Assembly: GCA_027488845.1 (NCBI GenBank)
Contig: JAIYBC010000024.1
Location: forward strand, 1,583 to 65,582
Source: Verrucomicrobiales bacterium
GTDB lineage: Bacteria > Verrucomicrobiota > Verrucomicrobiia > Limisphaerales > UBA9464
Length of the DNA: 64,000 nt
Direction of reading: 5' to 3'
Under the pieces are notes generated by a model that worked only from the letters and a program-made list of their open reading frames with translations, ran no database searches and was not told the DNA's origin. The first letter of the stretch is position 1. Each line of letters opens with the position of its first letter. Shown here in pieces: positions 63,890 through 64,000 of the stretch. The position numbers and the translations under genes were made by a program.

Positions 63890-64000
63890 AGCGAGACACG
63901 GACTGCCACGGAGCCGCCCGGATCCCGATCAGCTCCTGCAACCGCCCCGAACACTCCAATCTCGAGTTCCAGCATTCCTTCCCCTGATTAGGGACACGTC

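Noticed and set aside
63787-64000. Possible CRISPR array from the two GGGACACGTC-containing repeats
   Set aside because: Only two copies are present, each 22 nt and 18/22 identical, about 190 nt apart. The spacing and length are wrong for CRISPR, and there are no cas genes.

Overview
High-GC (roughly 65-70%) chromosomal segment with about 58 protein genes. I found no rRNA, tRNA, CRISPR array, transposase, integrase or phage genes. All family calls are by-eye motif recognition, with no searches run. The gene content points to a Verrucomicrobiota/PVC-group bacterium: two PEP-CTERM proteins, a prepilin-type H-X9-DG protein, a TIGR04137-like small basic protein, and several polytopic membrane enzymes fused to TPR domains.

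Layout:
- 388-1722: purB.
- 1973-15349 (minus): one tightly packed 15-gene flagellar operon, flgB-flgC-fliE-fliF-fliG-fliH-fliI-fliJ-ylxF-fliK-flgD-flgE-fliL-fliM-fliN.
- 15521-20479 (same strand, directly upstream): a three-gene glycosylation module, made of a TPR-fused GT-C-like membrane protein, a GT1-type glycosyltransferase and a WecA/MraY-family initiating transferase.
- Remainder, mostly housekeeping: HU, Ser/Thr kinase, aguB, SDR, ROK kinase, folD, rluB, argH, ilvE, guaB, gatC, ptsH, manC-like, two alcohol dehydrogenases. Interspersed are exported TPR, SH3, LysM and PEP-CTERM proteins, an exbB-exbD-tonB-like module, an O-antigen-ligase/TPR protein, a 1460-aa GH13+amylo-1,6-glucosidase fusion, and DUF885.

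Most noteworthy observations:
1. A short repeat family whose copies start immediately after the TGA stop codons of three unrelated genes. This is not explained by any annotated feature.
2. The glycosylation module abutting the flagellar operon.
3. Atypical flagellar proteins: a 929-aa repeat-containing FliK, a His-rich tandem repeat in FliL, and an extended FliE.
4. An ExbBD/TonB-like module with a membrane zinc-ribbon protein and an EF-hand lipoprotein, but no receptor.

I see no clear defence island or mobile element. The region looks like core genome, and the novelty claims are modest.
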